In this document: in pieces, positions 38,676 through 52,688 of the stretch
Layout of the letters: each line of letters starts with the position of its first letter
Position numbering within the stretch: position 1 is the stretch's first letter
Assembly (NCBI GenBank): GCA_043228905.1
Contig: JBHGNT010000003.1
Span: 20,770,001-20,834,000 of the forward strand
Direction of reading: 5' to 3'
Source of the DNA: Azolla caroliniana
Lineage: Eukaryota; Plantae; Polypodiophyta
DNA length: 64,000 bases
Position numbers and translations under genes: made by a program
The notes under the pieces: model-generated
Seen by the model: the letters and a program-made list of their open reading frames with translations, nothing else
Told to the model about the DNA's origin: nothing
Databases searched by the model: none

Positions 38676-41600
38676 TCACTCGCATATAGACGCCATCGCT
38701 TCTCGGAAAGATACTTGTTGCTCATATAAAGAGCGGAAGATCTTGTACTTCGCATCATGATACTTTTTGACACGCTCATCTTTTGATGGTTCCACAACCT
38801 ACATAGCGGCAGCCCAAGTCAGAATATGTTATGGTTTGCACAAGAGAAATACAAACTCACCTTTGGATGCAAAAACATGGTATGGTTTGCATCATACAAT
38901 ATGTCATAGTTTGCATCAGGGGGACATCTCAACTTCTGGCTAAAGACATTTCACTCGACAAATGCCAGATGTTCTCATTAATCACTTTATTCTTTAAGCG
39001 CCATATTGTAGACATGGCATTTTGTAAATTTAACATTCTTTTTAGTGTTTCATATAGAGACGACTCACTAGTACTACTTAAGTTATAACTAAACAATACA
39101 AACGGAACGGAACATGTGACATAACATATGAGAGAGTGCTTACCTCGCCAGGAGCATTCAGCACTTTCATTGCATGATGTACACTCTCGAACTGCTTTGA
39201 TGCCACGGCCCCCAAAACAGCAGCTCCAAGTAGCACGGTCTCTTTCTCCCGGGGCAAAATTACTGAACAGCCTGTTACAGATAAAAAAAATGATGGACCA
39301 TTTCACCATGTCACATCTAAAACACAAACATTTCATTCTTTCACCAGTAAAACCAGGAGAATCTTTATTTGATAATGGGCTACTTGTTTTGTTTGTATCA
39401 TGTAACCTCCCAAACGGTGTTTTGCGCAGGATGTATTCATGTCACCAGTAATCACAAGTCAAGATAATAAATAGGGTAGGCCTGTCAATTCTACTGGTTT
39501 GAACTCTTGCTCTAGAATCCATATACATAGCTCAGGAGATCAAGCCCTATATTTAGGCCTCTGGTTGCAAAGTTTGGTGGCTTGGCATTTGATCCTCATC
39601 AAGAGGAAAAAATTATTATTCATTAGAAATGAATTATAAAAGAACACCATATGGAACTTTTACCTGTGATATCGGCGTGCTCCTGTATGAAGACACTATT
39701 CTTTGATAAGCCACCACAAGCTATCAATGTCTCTATCTGCCACCAACATTGAAAACACATTAGTGATATGCTACGGATGAAGAAACATATGTATTCCAGA
39801 TGACCCATTGGATATCCTCACAACCAAGACTTCTATTCTCATTATCATCATCATTATCACCAATTACATATATCATTACCACCATTCATTAATTACGTGT
39901 ATCACCATCACCATTCATTGATCATATGTATCATCTTTCCCTACCATCATTAACAGAGTCCCATCAATACCAGATAACCCTAGGTCTATTCCTACAACAC
40001 AGCTATCCAGATTGTGGCCAGCCAAAACGGCATCCATGAGATAATGGCCCAGAGTGTAGTTGAAGGTATCAACATCTTGGGGTAAAGGCTCTCCAATTTA
40101 AGACCACGGAGTGACTTTAAGGCATTTGGTACCAAAAGTTGAACATGGAAACATTATGGAAAAACTAAGGTCGTAATGCATCTAAAGTTAAAGTTACAAT
40201 GCTGACACTAAAGAAGATTTGAAGCAAATAATTTTAATACATTTCTGTACAAGGCTGGAGTATTAAGACAGAAAGACTCATACCTTATGCCCATGTGCAT
40301 TACAATGTTCAATTATGTGGCGTGTTCCATATGCAATACTTTGAACAACAGCATAATAAAGCAATGCTAAATCTTTCTCACTGGAACTTAATGTCAGTCC
40401 ACTGATCATCCCCTTGGACTTGGGATCTGCAAGTGGCGACCTGACAGAGCATGTATATTATTCATAAATAAACAAAAATCCATGGAGAGATTCACATAAA
40501 TGAAGCATAATACAGCATAATCATGCTAGCAGCCTACCTATTACCATGAAAATCAGGGAGAACATGTATATCCTTAGTTAGGGCACTTTTGAAAGCAACA
40601 GAGCCCTCAGCAATAGATTCCAAGATACTGTTGAGTACTTCATAAATCGATATCTCTGAGAGGTTATAAAAGAGAAGAATAATGATACAAACAACATAAG
40701 AATTATAAGAACTGGGCTACAAAGACGGGATGAAAATAGATAATCTACTCTGTGAAGCTGCACGATTAGCCAAAATTGTAGCAGCTGAATGATTCTCAAC
40801 TATATGATCCAACAAAGCACCGGTCGCACTTTGCCCACCTTCGGTCAACCAAAATTCTGGAATCATGGCTGCACAGACGAACATAATCAACAATCATATG
40901 CATTCCAAGGATTGCATCCCAGACAAATCACAGATATATCTTTACTATGTTTTACTGAAATGTACAACTTACAATTTGATAGTCTTTAATTGCCTCTTTC
41001 TCTATTAGGATTCTATCAAACAATATGTCCATAGACCAGGGCATGGAGAATCCACGTTTTGATGCATAGTTCTGATTGAATATGAAGTCAAAAAGACATA
41101 AATAAACCAAAAATGTGTTATCCTTGATGGATTATTTTTGCTACTTTCTAACCTTTTGGCTTTTAGGCCGTCTTTGGCACTTTTTTGGCTCATACACGTT
41201 ACATATTTGTGTATATATTTTCCTTCTTCTCACTTACCATGACTTCCATTCCTGACCCAGGTCCTGTCCCAATTCCAGTTCCCCATGACCCATCTCATAT
41301 GACTATGGAGTTACCCTCTGACATAACGCAAACATGACTAGTGGATCACCCATGTGGCTAAATATCATCCATCTCAAGCGGCCTAAGTCCAATCTGGATA
41401 ACTATCTAGATCAAAATCTCTATTAACATTCCTGAATTTCATGAGTCTCTCAATGAAATAAAGAGAATTGGGGATAAAGACCTCCAGTATCTACCCTCAA
41501 TCTCTTGGCATGTAGCAGGTTGTATTAAACTATGTCCATGAAGTTCAGGATGCCTGTCAAGCCCTCTATCACAAGTGAAAATCCATTCATTCACATAAAA

Positions 41601-44600
41601 CCTATCCTTTCCCAAAAATATGCAAGTTGAAGTACCTAGTCAAGGATCCAACTACTGATTTGGGAAAAAACACCTTACCAAAGCTACATGTTAATGGATG
41701 TTTGTACCTATCCTTCGTCCTGAAAGAGCCTCAAACCATATTGAAGTCTCATCAAAACCCAGTCCCTCGTTATATTGGGGAGGGGAGCATACTCAGACTT
41801 CAGCTACCATGGATTTGATGAAAACTCTCTTTCAAGTTCCAGAAAAAGATTTTGGTAAGGTATACCTTAAAATAGATGATATATGAGAAATCTCTCAATT
41901 TATAGCATTAAGTAAAATAAGTAAAAGCAGACTGGTTTTTGAGTCATCTACAGTTATTTACTAGGAAATTCCAAACCTCATTGACTCTAGCTTTTGAGAG
42001 TTATACCTGACCAATATGGGCCCCATACACCTGGAATAAAGATTTTGTTCTGTGAAACAACCATATGGCAGGTGGATGTCCCACACACAAGGACCAGTCT
42101 GCTGCATAATGCTTCATCAGAATCAGTGATTTCTTTTATTTTAGGCACTCCTTCCATAACGCCAACACCACCAGCATGTGCATCAATTAGTGCTACACCC
42201 ACAGGCGTTCCCTTCAATAGCCCAAGCTCCTGTTTTCAAATATTTGCCTTCATTATATTACAATTTATGGTACATTGTACCATCATGTGATACTGTACAG
42301 TGAAGACCACATAGGGTCTTACACAAAAAACTCAAATTTATATTATAACATTAAGAGAAAACAGTGTTCACATTAGAATACTTACCTTCGCAGCAGCTGC
42401 CTTGAGGCCAGATCCTAATGGATGACCTGGGAATGCAACACTGGCACCTGCAATATGAAGAACCGATTAACCTGATACACATCATAATACCCTCCAAGGA
42501 GCATAGAATATCATAGACAACCATGCAGATACTCACTTGCATCTTTTGACCTCGCTACACAATGCATGTACATGCACATATGAACACGTATGTGCATGAA
42601 TATGGTCAAGCAAACAACAAATCCCATGAAAATAGTCAAAGTTGTTGAAGTGCATCATTCTTGAAACTATTATGCGTATATTGACAGAAACTGCAATAAC
42701 ACTAAATGTATTATGAGACTAACATTAAACAGCAGAAATGACACGTGATTGCTACAACCAACCTATTTTCGCATAGTTTCCTTCAACAAGGTTACCAAGC
42801 CCAATCTCCTGCCAGAAGACATCATCCCATCCACAAGCCTCTGTAGCTAAAGAATTTTGGCTACTCATTTGTTGCATATGGGCATGCCCCATGTATGTCC
42901 ATTTGCACACAACAGTGCAAAGGCTTCTAGTGTCATCACCAGTAGCTCTGTCATGAAAGAAATTAATCAAACAACGGTTATCAAAACACTGCTTGATTTT
43001 GAATTCCAAGTGAAGGACTATTTCCACCTATATGTCAGCCAATCACTCAGATCCATCCATCGGAATGCCACTGCCCAAGATTCCTGAAGATTCTCTTTCA
43101 CCCATAGGAGCTTTTGAAACATCACAAACTCCAATTAGAATGTGAAAACTCTTAAAATCCTGAATGAAACTATAAGTCATACATAGTACCTTTGGAGGTT
43201 GCATTTCCGGAGACACTGCACCACCAACAAACTGGAGCACTGGTGAATGTAAGGTGTTTATACGCTCAGCTTGTTCTACAGCTCTGTGATCCATCCAAAC
43301 AATCACATTGCGTCTTGCATCCCCGGACAATGAAACAGTTACAGGTGATTCATCTTCGCCAATAGCAACTACATGGACAGCAAAAGAAAGCATCAAGGCT
43401 AAAAGGGCTAGATATTTAGAAAATTTCCAAAATCCAACAACGAGTTCACCACTAACCAAGAGAGCATGTGGCAGCAAATCCTATGCCACATATATCTTCC
43501 GGTGAAACATTTGCATTGTGAGTGGCCAGCTTTACAGCCGCACATACTGCAAGCCAAATGTCTGTAGAAGATTGCTATTTATATATACAAGTGAACCCCA
43601 ATCAGATCTAACAATTCAAGATGCGCAAAAGAGTATTCTTTAAGAAACAACAGATACATATACAAATTTTGAGAAATAAAAAACATGGCGCATATGAAAT
43701 TACACTAGGGAAATTTATAGTATTTTCAACTTGTTCACATTGAATACACAATTATCCTGACAATTTCACCACATGCTTACGTAAATACACGAGTTATATC
43801 ATGAAATACATTGATTGTAAACACTAAAATTTACTCTTTTCTTCAACTGAATAGCATAATGGCTAACAAGAAAGAAGAGAACAAGCCTTACATGTGTATT
43901 CAAAAGAACAAAAATAAGTCAAGTTCAGGAAATACATTGATTGTACACACTAAAATTTACTCTTTTCTTCAACTGAATAGCATAATGACTAACAAGAAAG
44001 AAGAAAACAAGCCTTACATGTGCATTCAAAAGAACAAAAATAAGTCAAGTTGAGGTAACCTCCAGATGTACATACTAATCTTAGTATTCTAGAGAGCTCA
44101 AGATTAGCTTGATATCATCTGCATACAAGAAAATATGCATAACCATCCCTTCAACTTTTTTCATTGAGAGTATATATGTTCAGAAATATCGTCAATGTAC
44201 AAGCAATCAAGGGACGCCATCTGTAGTGACATGATCAGGTCATGTGGCCAGTGGCAACATATGAGTCAGTTGCATGGAATTAAGCAGAGAAAGAATGAAG
44301 AAAAAATAACCCTAATAAAAGCCAGATGGTACTGTTAGAAAACGCTTATATTTCCTTTTTCCAGAGAAAAAAAACAAGTCTGAAATTTCAAGAAAAAGTT
44401 TGAATTTGAACTTACTTTAGACAGAAAGAAAGAAAAATTAATGTCTTTTAAGATGCCAAATGACCTAGAGAACATACGAAAGTTACATCTTAATAAGTCG
44501 TCTCATGTTTGGGATTGTAGAATTACTCATTCTTATGTGGAAGGAAACATATACCATATTTTTTCTAACACTATTTAAGGATGATGTTATTAACGAGTGA

Positions 44601-45700
44601 GAAAAGAAGTTCTGATAGAGAAGCGACCTAGGGAGGGAGGGAGTTTGCCGGAAGTGAGGACATAACTATGGTGGGAACAATGAGTATCTCCTTATTTGCC
44701 AATTTGTTCTTATAATTGCCAAACCTGAGTACCTTTGCAATGGGATCTTCAAATCCATTGGATACATGTCACTGATCGAAATGGAGCCTAGGTCACTATT
44801 GGAGTTGTTCTCATCTCAGGGGAAAAAATGCTTCGCTCCTTATCATGCGAACAATCATTGAAAAAGAATAGACATCAGGACGCTTGGTTGAGAATAGAAG
44901 GACCCCAATTTTTCCACCCACAATTTCAAAACATGACTTATCATGTGCGTATTTGCTCACAAGGAAATTTCAAAAAACGATATTGCAGTGAGCTCAATTT
45001 CTTCATCTGAAAACATGATTTTTCACATCTCACATGATTCGTATATAGCTCACACACACCATAACACCAAATATATAAACTAACCTCCACAAAATTCCCT
45101 TCCTTCCATATTTGTAGAGGACTGGCACCAACACCTAACAATTTCCCTTCACCATCAAATACTCCTAGGATCATGAGCCAACTTTAAATCAGAATTGTTG
45201 GAAAAATTTGCACCATTCTATCAATAATAGATTCAAAATCTGAAAGCACACCATTTTCAAGCACACTTAGTTTTCTATGAAACAATGCTGACTACTTCTA
45301 GAATATCCTATTGCTCTCTTTAATTAATTTGAACAATCCATCGTAGCAATTACAAATCTGAAAGATCAAACATCGTTCTAAATGCATATAAAACCCTCAA
45401 AAGTCTAGCCTCTCTATAACCATGATCTAAGTCATTTCAGCCTTCAATTTTATGATAATATTCCAACTGAAAAGAAACATTTTAGGGTTACAAACGACTT
45501 GGGGGAGGGGGGGGGGCTTCCATCAGAAACTAATCTGATCGTAAAAGATGAAGGTCATCCATAAATTAGACCTTAAATGAAATTTCCAAGAAAATAGAGA
45601 GGCTGAGAAAATGAAAGAAAACGGATAAGAAGAAGAAGAAGAAACCTGCACGAGCACTCCCTGTTCCAACGTCGACGCCCACGTAATGTGAAGGTGCCAT
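38676..45700 (-). CDS. FGGY-family carbohydrate kinase (D-ribulokinase/FGGY-like)
   Basis: [41 protein letters not shown] and PDFHGNRSP motifs. Exons 45700-45646, 45164-45085, 43574-43457, 43368-43190, 43110-43028, 42947-42763, 42447-42386, 42229-42007, 40868-40749, 40655-40538, 40440-40284, 39736-39664, 39271-39144, 38798-38676. Confidence 0.94.
43804..44055. repeat. Recent 126 bp tandem duplication in an FGGY intron
   Basis: Two near-identical units starting AAATACATTGATTGTA. Confidence 0.9.
44423..44860 (-). mobile_element. Old LINE remnant (same family) in an FGGY intron
   Basis: Tail plus degenerate terminus at 44423-44510; 44680-44860 matches 25230-25432. Confidence 0.7.
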
Positions 45701-46569
45701 AGCGAACTCTTAGAAGAGGAAACAGGGGAAGAAGTAGTAGTAGTAGAAGAAGAAGAAGAAGAAGCACATTATCAAAACAATTGTTATAGAAATCTACATT
45801 TCTAGCCATTACCCTTTTTGGAAGATTTCTTACAATACTAGACCATACCCCTTACCCTTTTTGGAATATTATTCTTATCCTCTAATCAAGGCCATATGGC
45901 CTTATACCCATACCCTCTTTGGAAATTTTTTAGTAGCTATTTTCCCTTTTTAGGCCATTGTCCATCTCAAAGCCCTTATCCCAACCCATGTATGCATAAT
46001 GTGACCATACGGATATTTTTTGACAAAACTCCAACATAATACATAAAAGCAGAAGAAACCATAATATGGTTTTTTTTACTTGTTCCCAGCATTTGTGGCC
46101 AATTTTACAAGGGTCTCATATTGTCTTTCATGTGTCAAGATGCCTACCCCCCATTACGGAGATTCAAATGATTGGCTTAAACATTTTTTTGGTCAATACC
46201 CCGTTCCTTGTACACACCTTGTTTTTATTTATTTATTTCTCACGCTACCCCTTCCCCTTTTAGAGAGCATTTCCCTTCGACTTCTATTTGTCCATTTGCT
46301 TTAATGGAAGTTTACATTACTAGCCAGCCCGTTTTTGTATGTATATGGAATCAATCCACATTCCTGGAGCTTCCGTGGCACTCTTTGTTGCTTATATGGA
46401 CAATCTATTCATTCCAGTCATTATACCCTACTTGTGTTTGGAACATTATACGTGTCTAGGCATGCCCTTTTACATGGACCATGCTACCAAAATAAAAAAT
46501 CGAAGCCCATATGTTCTTGCCCATGTGGATAGGTGGACTTTGTTGATCTCTAGTGACAGTTGCCATTTG

Positions 46570-46915
46570 AAGGAAGAAGGATGGCCCCTTGCATACCTTC
46601 ACTGAATGAGCAAAATTGTTGATATTTTTGGTGTTTCGCAAGAGGTAGAGTATGTTTGTTTGGGTGTGTTTTGTATAGAAGTGTGTAGAAAAAGGGAGGG
46701 GAGGGGTATTCTGGGAATTTTTGAAAAATACGGTTGATCTGGTAAGGAAGAAGGATGATGGCCCCTTGCATTGCATACCTTCAATGAATGAGCAAATTTG
46801 TTGATATTTCTAGTGTTTCACAAGAGGTAGTAGAGGAGTATGTTTGTGTGTGTTTTGTATAGAAGCGTATGTACAAAAAGACAGGGGTATTCTGGGGATT
46901 TTGAAAAATACGGTT
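46570..46915. repeat. ~175 bp two-copy tandem repeat in the FGGY/DCP5 divergent intergenic region
   Basis: AAGGAAGAAGGATG..GCCCCTTGCAT..AATGAGCAAA..AGGGGTATTCTGGG..GAAAAATACGGTT occurs twice. Confidence 0.85.
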
Positions 46916-47085
46916 TTGGGGGCGTGGGGGGGGTGAAAAATATACGAGGGGTATTCTTTTTTTTGTTTTTATTTATGAAAAAATTTAATTGCGAAAAATA
47001 AGAGAAAAATAGAATTAATTATGTATTTCATGGTGCCTGGCGCAGGGGAGAAACAGAGACGCGCAGAGACAGAGGAAGCTTCGTC

Positions 47086-47201
47086 TAGGGTTTTATCACG
47101 CGATACGCAGAGAGAGAGAGAGACAGAGAAGGAGAAAGCTAGGGTTTTTTTTTTTTTTTTTTTGTAGTCAGGAATCAGAGGCAAAAACAGATCTAGGGTT
47201 T
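47086..47201 (+). promoter_or_regulatory. Three telo-boxes (TAGGGTTT) upstream of the DCP5 start codon
   Basis: TAGGGTTT at 47086, 47140 and 47194; telo-boxes are a known element near transcription starts of plant translation and RNA-metabolism genes. Confidence 0.55.
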
Positions 47202-47270
47202 TCTGGAGAACACACAGACAGACAGACATACATACAGACAGACAGACAGAGGTGAAGGTTTCTTTCTGTG

Positions 47271-50200
47271 ATGAGCGATGGAGGAGCGAGCGCAGACTCG
47301 TACATCGGTAGCCTCATCAGCCTCACTTCCAAGAGCGAGATTCGCTATGAGGGTGTGCTGTATACAGTCGACACTGCCAATTCCAACATCGCTCTCCAAG
47401 ATGGTAAATTTTTCTGTTTCTCTGTTCCCCATTTTGCTTGCTATTTCCATGCTTACAAAAAAAAAAAACAAAAAAAAGCACCATTGCCATGGCCGACTCC
47501 AACATGTCCCAAAGAATTCGGTAAAAAATGAGCCATGCTTTTTCTGTTGCCGGCACCACAGATTCCAATATGGCTCTTGATTGACAGTAACAATCGACTT
47601 ACTGGTCTTTCTATCATGCATTTTTCTCTTACTGGCACAACAGATTCCAATATGGCTCTTGATTAACAGTAGCAATCGACTTACTGGTCTTTCTATCATG
47701 CATTTTTCTCTTACTGACACCATAGATTCCAATATGGCTCTTGATTAACAGTATAACAATCGACTTACTGGTCTTTCTATCACGCATTTTTCTCTTACTG
47801 GCACCATAGATTCCAATATGGCTCTTGATTAACAGTATAACAAGCGACCTACTGGTCTCTCTATCATGCATTTTTCTCTTACTGGCACCATAGATTCCAA
47901 TATGGCCCTTGATTAACAGTATAACAAGCGACCTACTGGTCTCTCTATCATGCATTTTTCTCTTACTGGCACCATAGATTCCAATATGGCTCTTGATTAA
48001 CAGTATAACAAGCGACCTACTGGTCTCTCTATCATGCATTTTTTGTGTTCTTGCTTTTCCGTGCTTTCTTGTTTGTCCATGCTTTCTTACACCACCCGTA
48101 CTGCCTTATTCCAATGTATCATTTCAACACGACTATGGAGATTGATATCTTCTCTTTGCCATTTATATTTTCTTTTTTTTTCTGCTTCATGCTTGAAGGT
48201 TCTGGTTTTTGCATGCTTGAAGGTTCTTATTTTTCTGCTGACTTGCTTTCTTTGTTTTCCATGCTGGAAGGTTTATTTTTTGATGTTTTCCTTCCACGTT
48301 GGAGGTCCTCTCTTTCGTATGCTTGAAAACTCCTTTTTTGTTTTATTTCTTTTCCATGGATTTAAAGTATTTGCTTTTTTTTTGTTTTCCATGTTTTGAG
48401 AGCTCTCCAAGCTTTGATGTTCTTCTATGCCTTTGAAAACTCCTTGGGTTTCTTTTCTGTTCGCATTCTTGTTTTCTGAGTATTTAAGTCCGGAGTTTCT
48501 GACATTTTTACGTGGAACTTCTGTTTTTTTGGGACATCTTAATGTATGAAATCGTTGGCGGATCAAGATTTTCTTTCTAGTTATTCTGTGTAATTATGTT
48601 TTCTTTCTGTGATGCATAGCTTATGTATGGGATTAACGTGTTGTTGGCAACTTATTTTCATAATTTCAGTGCGATCATTTGGAACAGAAGGAAGGAAAAA
48701 AGATGGTCCCCAAATCCCCCCAAGTGATAAGGTCTATGATTACATCATCTTTCGAGGCAGTGACATCAAAGTAGGTTTGGTTCCTACTGATTATCAGATA
48801 ATTTTTAAATTCGTTTTACTGACTGTGAGTTTCATGCATAACTATGCAGGATTTGCAAGTCAAAATGTCACCACCCATACGGCCAACCCAGTCTCAGCAG
48901 TTACACCATGATCCAGCGATAATATCTCTAAGGGTACAGATTCGGAAATTAGTGTTCAATATCAATAATATATACACTCAACGGTACTTAGTAGAGGATA
49001 TTGGCAGCCATGATAAGAACAAGCAAGGATTGAACTAACTATGTGCTTTGTTATCTTTTCTTGAATGATGAGCGGTCTGTTTACACTGTGGCATGTTTTT
49101 AGAGAGCTTGAAGTGATTTATCAAAGTTAAACTCATGTTTTGTGAAAACAGTCTCAAACATCGCCTATGGTACCACCGCCAGTGGTTAGTACTTCCTCAT
49201 CCTCAGCAATAACCACTACTCCAGACACCACTGCAGCTGAAACCCCCACAGATATGAAAGCATTTACTAACCATCCCTCAGTTGTTCAGAGCAATGTTCC
49301 TCCCTTGTATCAACCACAAGGTTCATGGGCTATGCAGCAAATACCTCAAGCCAACATGTATTGGGCAGGCTATTATAGGCCACAAGTAGGAATTTCATAT
49401 TTTCAGCAGCAATCTCAGTTGCCATTTCAAGCTCCGCCAATGATGCCACCAAGTTATGCATCACAGACCCAATTTCCACCACTGCACGAGCAAACAGTGG
49501 CAGCATCCATATCTCCATCTACTAGTATTATTACTTCATCCATGCAAGTGGAAGCTATGCAAATGATGCCCAATACAAACGATTTGGTTGTGGCGCTTCC
49601 AAAGCTAACTGCACCACCATTAACTGAAGTTTCAGATGTACAAAGCACTACATCTTTGACATCAGCAATGGAAAGAAGGGTGCTTAATACAGTGGCCGAA
49701 GCATCAATTCCTCAAACTTTTATTGCGGAGGAGAGTTTGAATGTTGCATCAAAGGGTTCTCAACGTGTTAGTTTGTCAGCCTCCCCATCAGGAGACTCTG
49801 GTAAAGAACTGGATTTTGTAAGCTGCTCAATGACATCTGAACAGAACCTGCAGCCTATACCTTCTACAGCCTCAACATCTCAAGCACACAGTAGTGTAAA
49901 TGAACCGTTGTTGCCATTACCAGTAAATCCTCTTCGCCATAGGCAGGTGACTCAGGTATTTTCCTTCAGTTTCAAATTGGAAATCATTTTCATGAATGCA
50001 TATCGCTATGTTACCTATAGGTGTAATATACATAGCGTATGCTGTGCCCCTTCATATGGAATGGCAATGATGAACTATTTGGTGCTATGTAACCCTTCAC
50101 TTTGGAATGTGGCACACTTGCATTTCACAGATAGATGGCTGTATTTCTTTTGAATTTTTTGTTACTTCTACTATGATTGCTCTTAGGTACTCCATATCCA

Positions 50201-51281
50201 TGGGAAAGTGATGATCTACATTTTATAATTGGGTACATGAAAGGCTTTTCTTTTCTGTTTTGTTGTTCAATCACATTGCTTGAGTAGATTGTCCAATTGA
50301 ATTAGCCAATTTTCAAGATCTTTTGCTTAAGTTAAGATTTTTTGATGGATATTTGTTGTGTGTTTGAATACCTGTAACAGGTACATGGTACTTCTGCATA
50401 TGCACGGAGAGGGAGAGGAAGAGGTAGAGGGGAGGGCATGTCAATGGTAAGCTGTGATATAATTAAAGTTTTATCTTGGGATTTATATCTGGTATTAATT
50501 TCCTAAGAAAATTGCTGCATACAGATTCATACTCAGTATACCGAAGATTTCAACTTCACAGAGATGAATGAGAAATTTAATAAAGATGAAGTCTGGGGCG
50601 AGCTTGGAAAAAGCAACTCCAGAGATAAGGGAGAAGGAGAAGAAGATGCGTCTGAATTAGATTATCACCATGAAGAAGAGGGTTCTTACAGAACGGTGCT
50701 AATAACATTTCATTTCACAATTATTTTAATTGTATTTACATTGAATGGGGGATTTTTGAAAAGCAATGAATTTATATATCATATATGGGGGATTATTTTT
50801 AGCAGACAACTAGTAAATCGATATGGTGAACTTAAGTACATAATTATCCTGCAGTATTTGCTTTTAACATTAATTTGAATGGAGCTGTTTTAAATGTGTT
50901 GCAGTCAGTTTATGTCAAGGATGACTTTTTCGACATGTTATCATCTGATACTGGTCGGCAAAATGGAAAGATGAAGTTTTCAGAACAACAGAAAATAGAT
51001 GCAGAGGTCTGTGTGTTTTTATTTATCTTTTGTTTAGTTTTGTTCATTCATCTTTGAAAAGAACAATCTCTTAATGCAATAAAGACTCTTCTAATACTAA
51101 TAGGGGATCTTCTGAAAATTTGAAATAGACTTTTGGAAGAGGTTCTGTCAGATCCTATGGTGGCAGAAGTAATGGATATCATCATCGTGGTGGTGATTAT
51201 AGAGGACGAGGTTATTATGGAAATAGAGGCGCTAGGAATCGAGGCCAGGGACAGAACTACTCAAGAAGAATATACTACTAG
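47271..51281 (+). CDS. DCP5: DCP5 / LSM14 (Scd6/Trailer hitch) decapping co-factor
   Basis: LSm14 domain ([40 protein letters not shown]), FDF-like, FFD and TFG boxes, RG-rich tail. Exons 47271-47403, 48670-48770, 48850-48933, 49152-49946, 50381-50446, 50525-50695, 50905-51006, 51129-51281. Confidence 0.92.
47549..48043. repeat. Six-unit ~82-84 bp minisatellite in DCP5 intron 1
   Basis: Units start at ~47549, 47631, 47713, 47797, 47881 and 47965. Confidence 0.95.
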
Positions 51282-52688
51282 CGCATAACATATTTTCTTA
51301 GATATACTTAATGTATATATGCACACGCATATATGTGTGCCCTATGGTATGTGCAAAGAAACCATTTCTATTTGGGGAAAACAATCTTCAGAAGCTTGTG
51401 CTGCAGTGTAGTTGCAATGGCACCTTCTTGGTGGTGGTGGTTTACTGCTGGTAAAAGGTCCAATTGGATGGATTTGTTGGCAAGGTGTAATATTCTAAAA
51501 TATGCTACCATGCCCCCACTTCTATGTTCCTTGACTTTTACTTTGGAGGATATCATTGAAACCATGGGTGAGCCACAAGGGATTTGAAAAGCCCCACCTC
51601 AAATACATGTGGTTTCATTTAGATCTAAGGTCTTGTTTCGATGGATAAGGAACTAGATCTATGGTCTTCTTTTGATGGATAAAGAATGAGAACTATGATC
51701 ATGTTTCGATTAAAAATAACAAACTAGATGTATGGGCATGTTTGATGAATAATGAAAGCAGCCAGAATATTGTATAGTTGAAACTGTTTTCCTCCCCATT
51801 GATAGTATCATTCTTCTGAAGTTGTATACAAAAGAGATCTAAACAACAAAAGTTGTGGACATTGATAATTACAGAATGCAGTGACATTAACTGCAACCAT
51901 GTAAAGGGGAACTGTGAATTGAAAATTATGACTGTTATTTTTGTTCAGAGATATATCTGAAATGTTATGGGAGCATGATATCTCACCTCTCATGGACGTA
52001 AGTTAAGTCAATTGTTCAATATCTAACACAATGATGATACTTGCAATTGCTGAAAAGGTAATTTTAATACAGCATGGTAACTGCCTTCTTTAGTGTGGGC
52101 AAGCTCACTTTGCTCACGTTTAATGAGTATGATATGTCTTCCCTTGTTTCTAAGCTATGGCAATTGTACTATGTGTAGCAGAATGATAAGCTCAAAGTTG
52201 TCATTGGTCAAAAGTGTAATCGTAATACTGTTTAGCTATTGCCACCTTTAATGTAGCAGAGCCTGACCATTCTTGTCTCCACCACCCTTCAAGTTTAGTG
52301 CTACTGTCATCACATGCATGCTAACTTTTTCAACTTTTACTTTAGGTTGTGATATTGTAAAGAAAATGAGGGAATCCTAGATTTCAAGGTAAATATTGAC
52401 AGGAAATGGTTACATTTGACCTTCAGAATTTAGAATGATAATGTTGAGATGTGCATAACAATATGGCAATGATCAGTTTAAATAGGCGACCTCTATTCAA
52501 CATAGATGCCCATGACTCAATACTCACATTAATAATGAGCTCTTCAAGTGTTTTTCTTCAATTTTACAGTCTAATTATGTGGACATCCTCTCTCCTTGCC
52601 CAAACCAAGTACACTGTCAATAAATTTGTAATGCCCTTGTTGGAAGCATAAGGAATCTCAATTAACACTGAATGTTAGAGAAAATTTG

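Noticed and set aside
41220-41900. Possible retroelement remnants here and at ~5950-6300 and ~8760-9120
   Set aside because: Composition is suggestive but no diagnostic motif could be read, so no feature was called
47193-48039. Antisense repetitive ORFs (136-179 aa)
   Set aside because: By-products of an 84-bp (28-codon) tandem repeat; no independent coding evidence
47549-48043. Possible CRISPR array
   Set aside because: Whole units are repeated with no unique spacers, there are no cas genes, and the context is a eukaryotic intron
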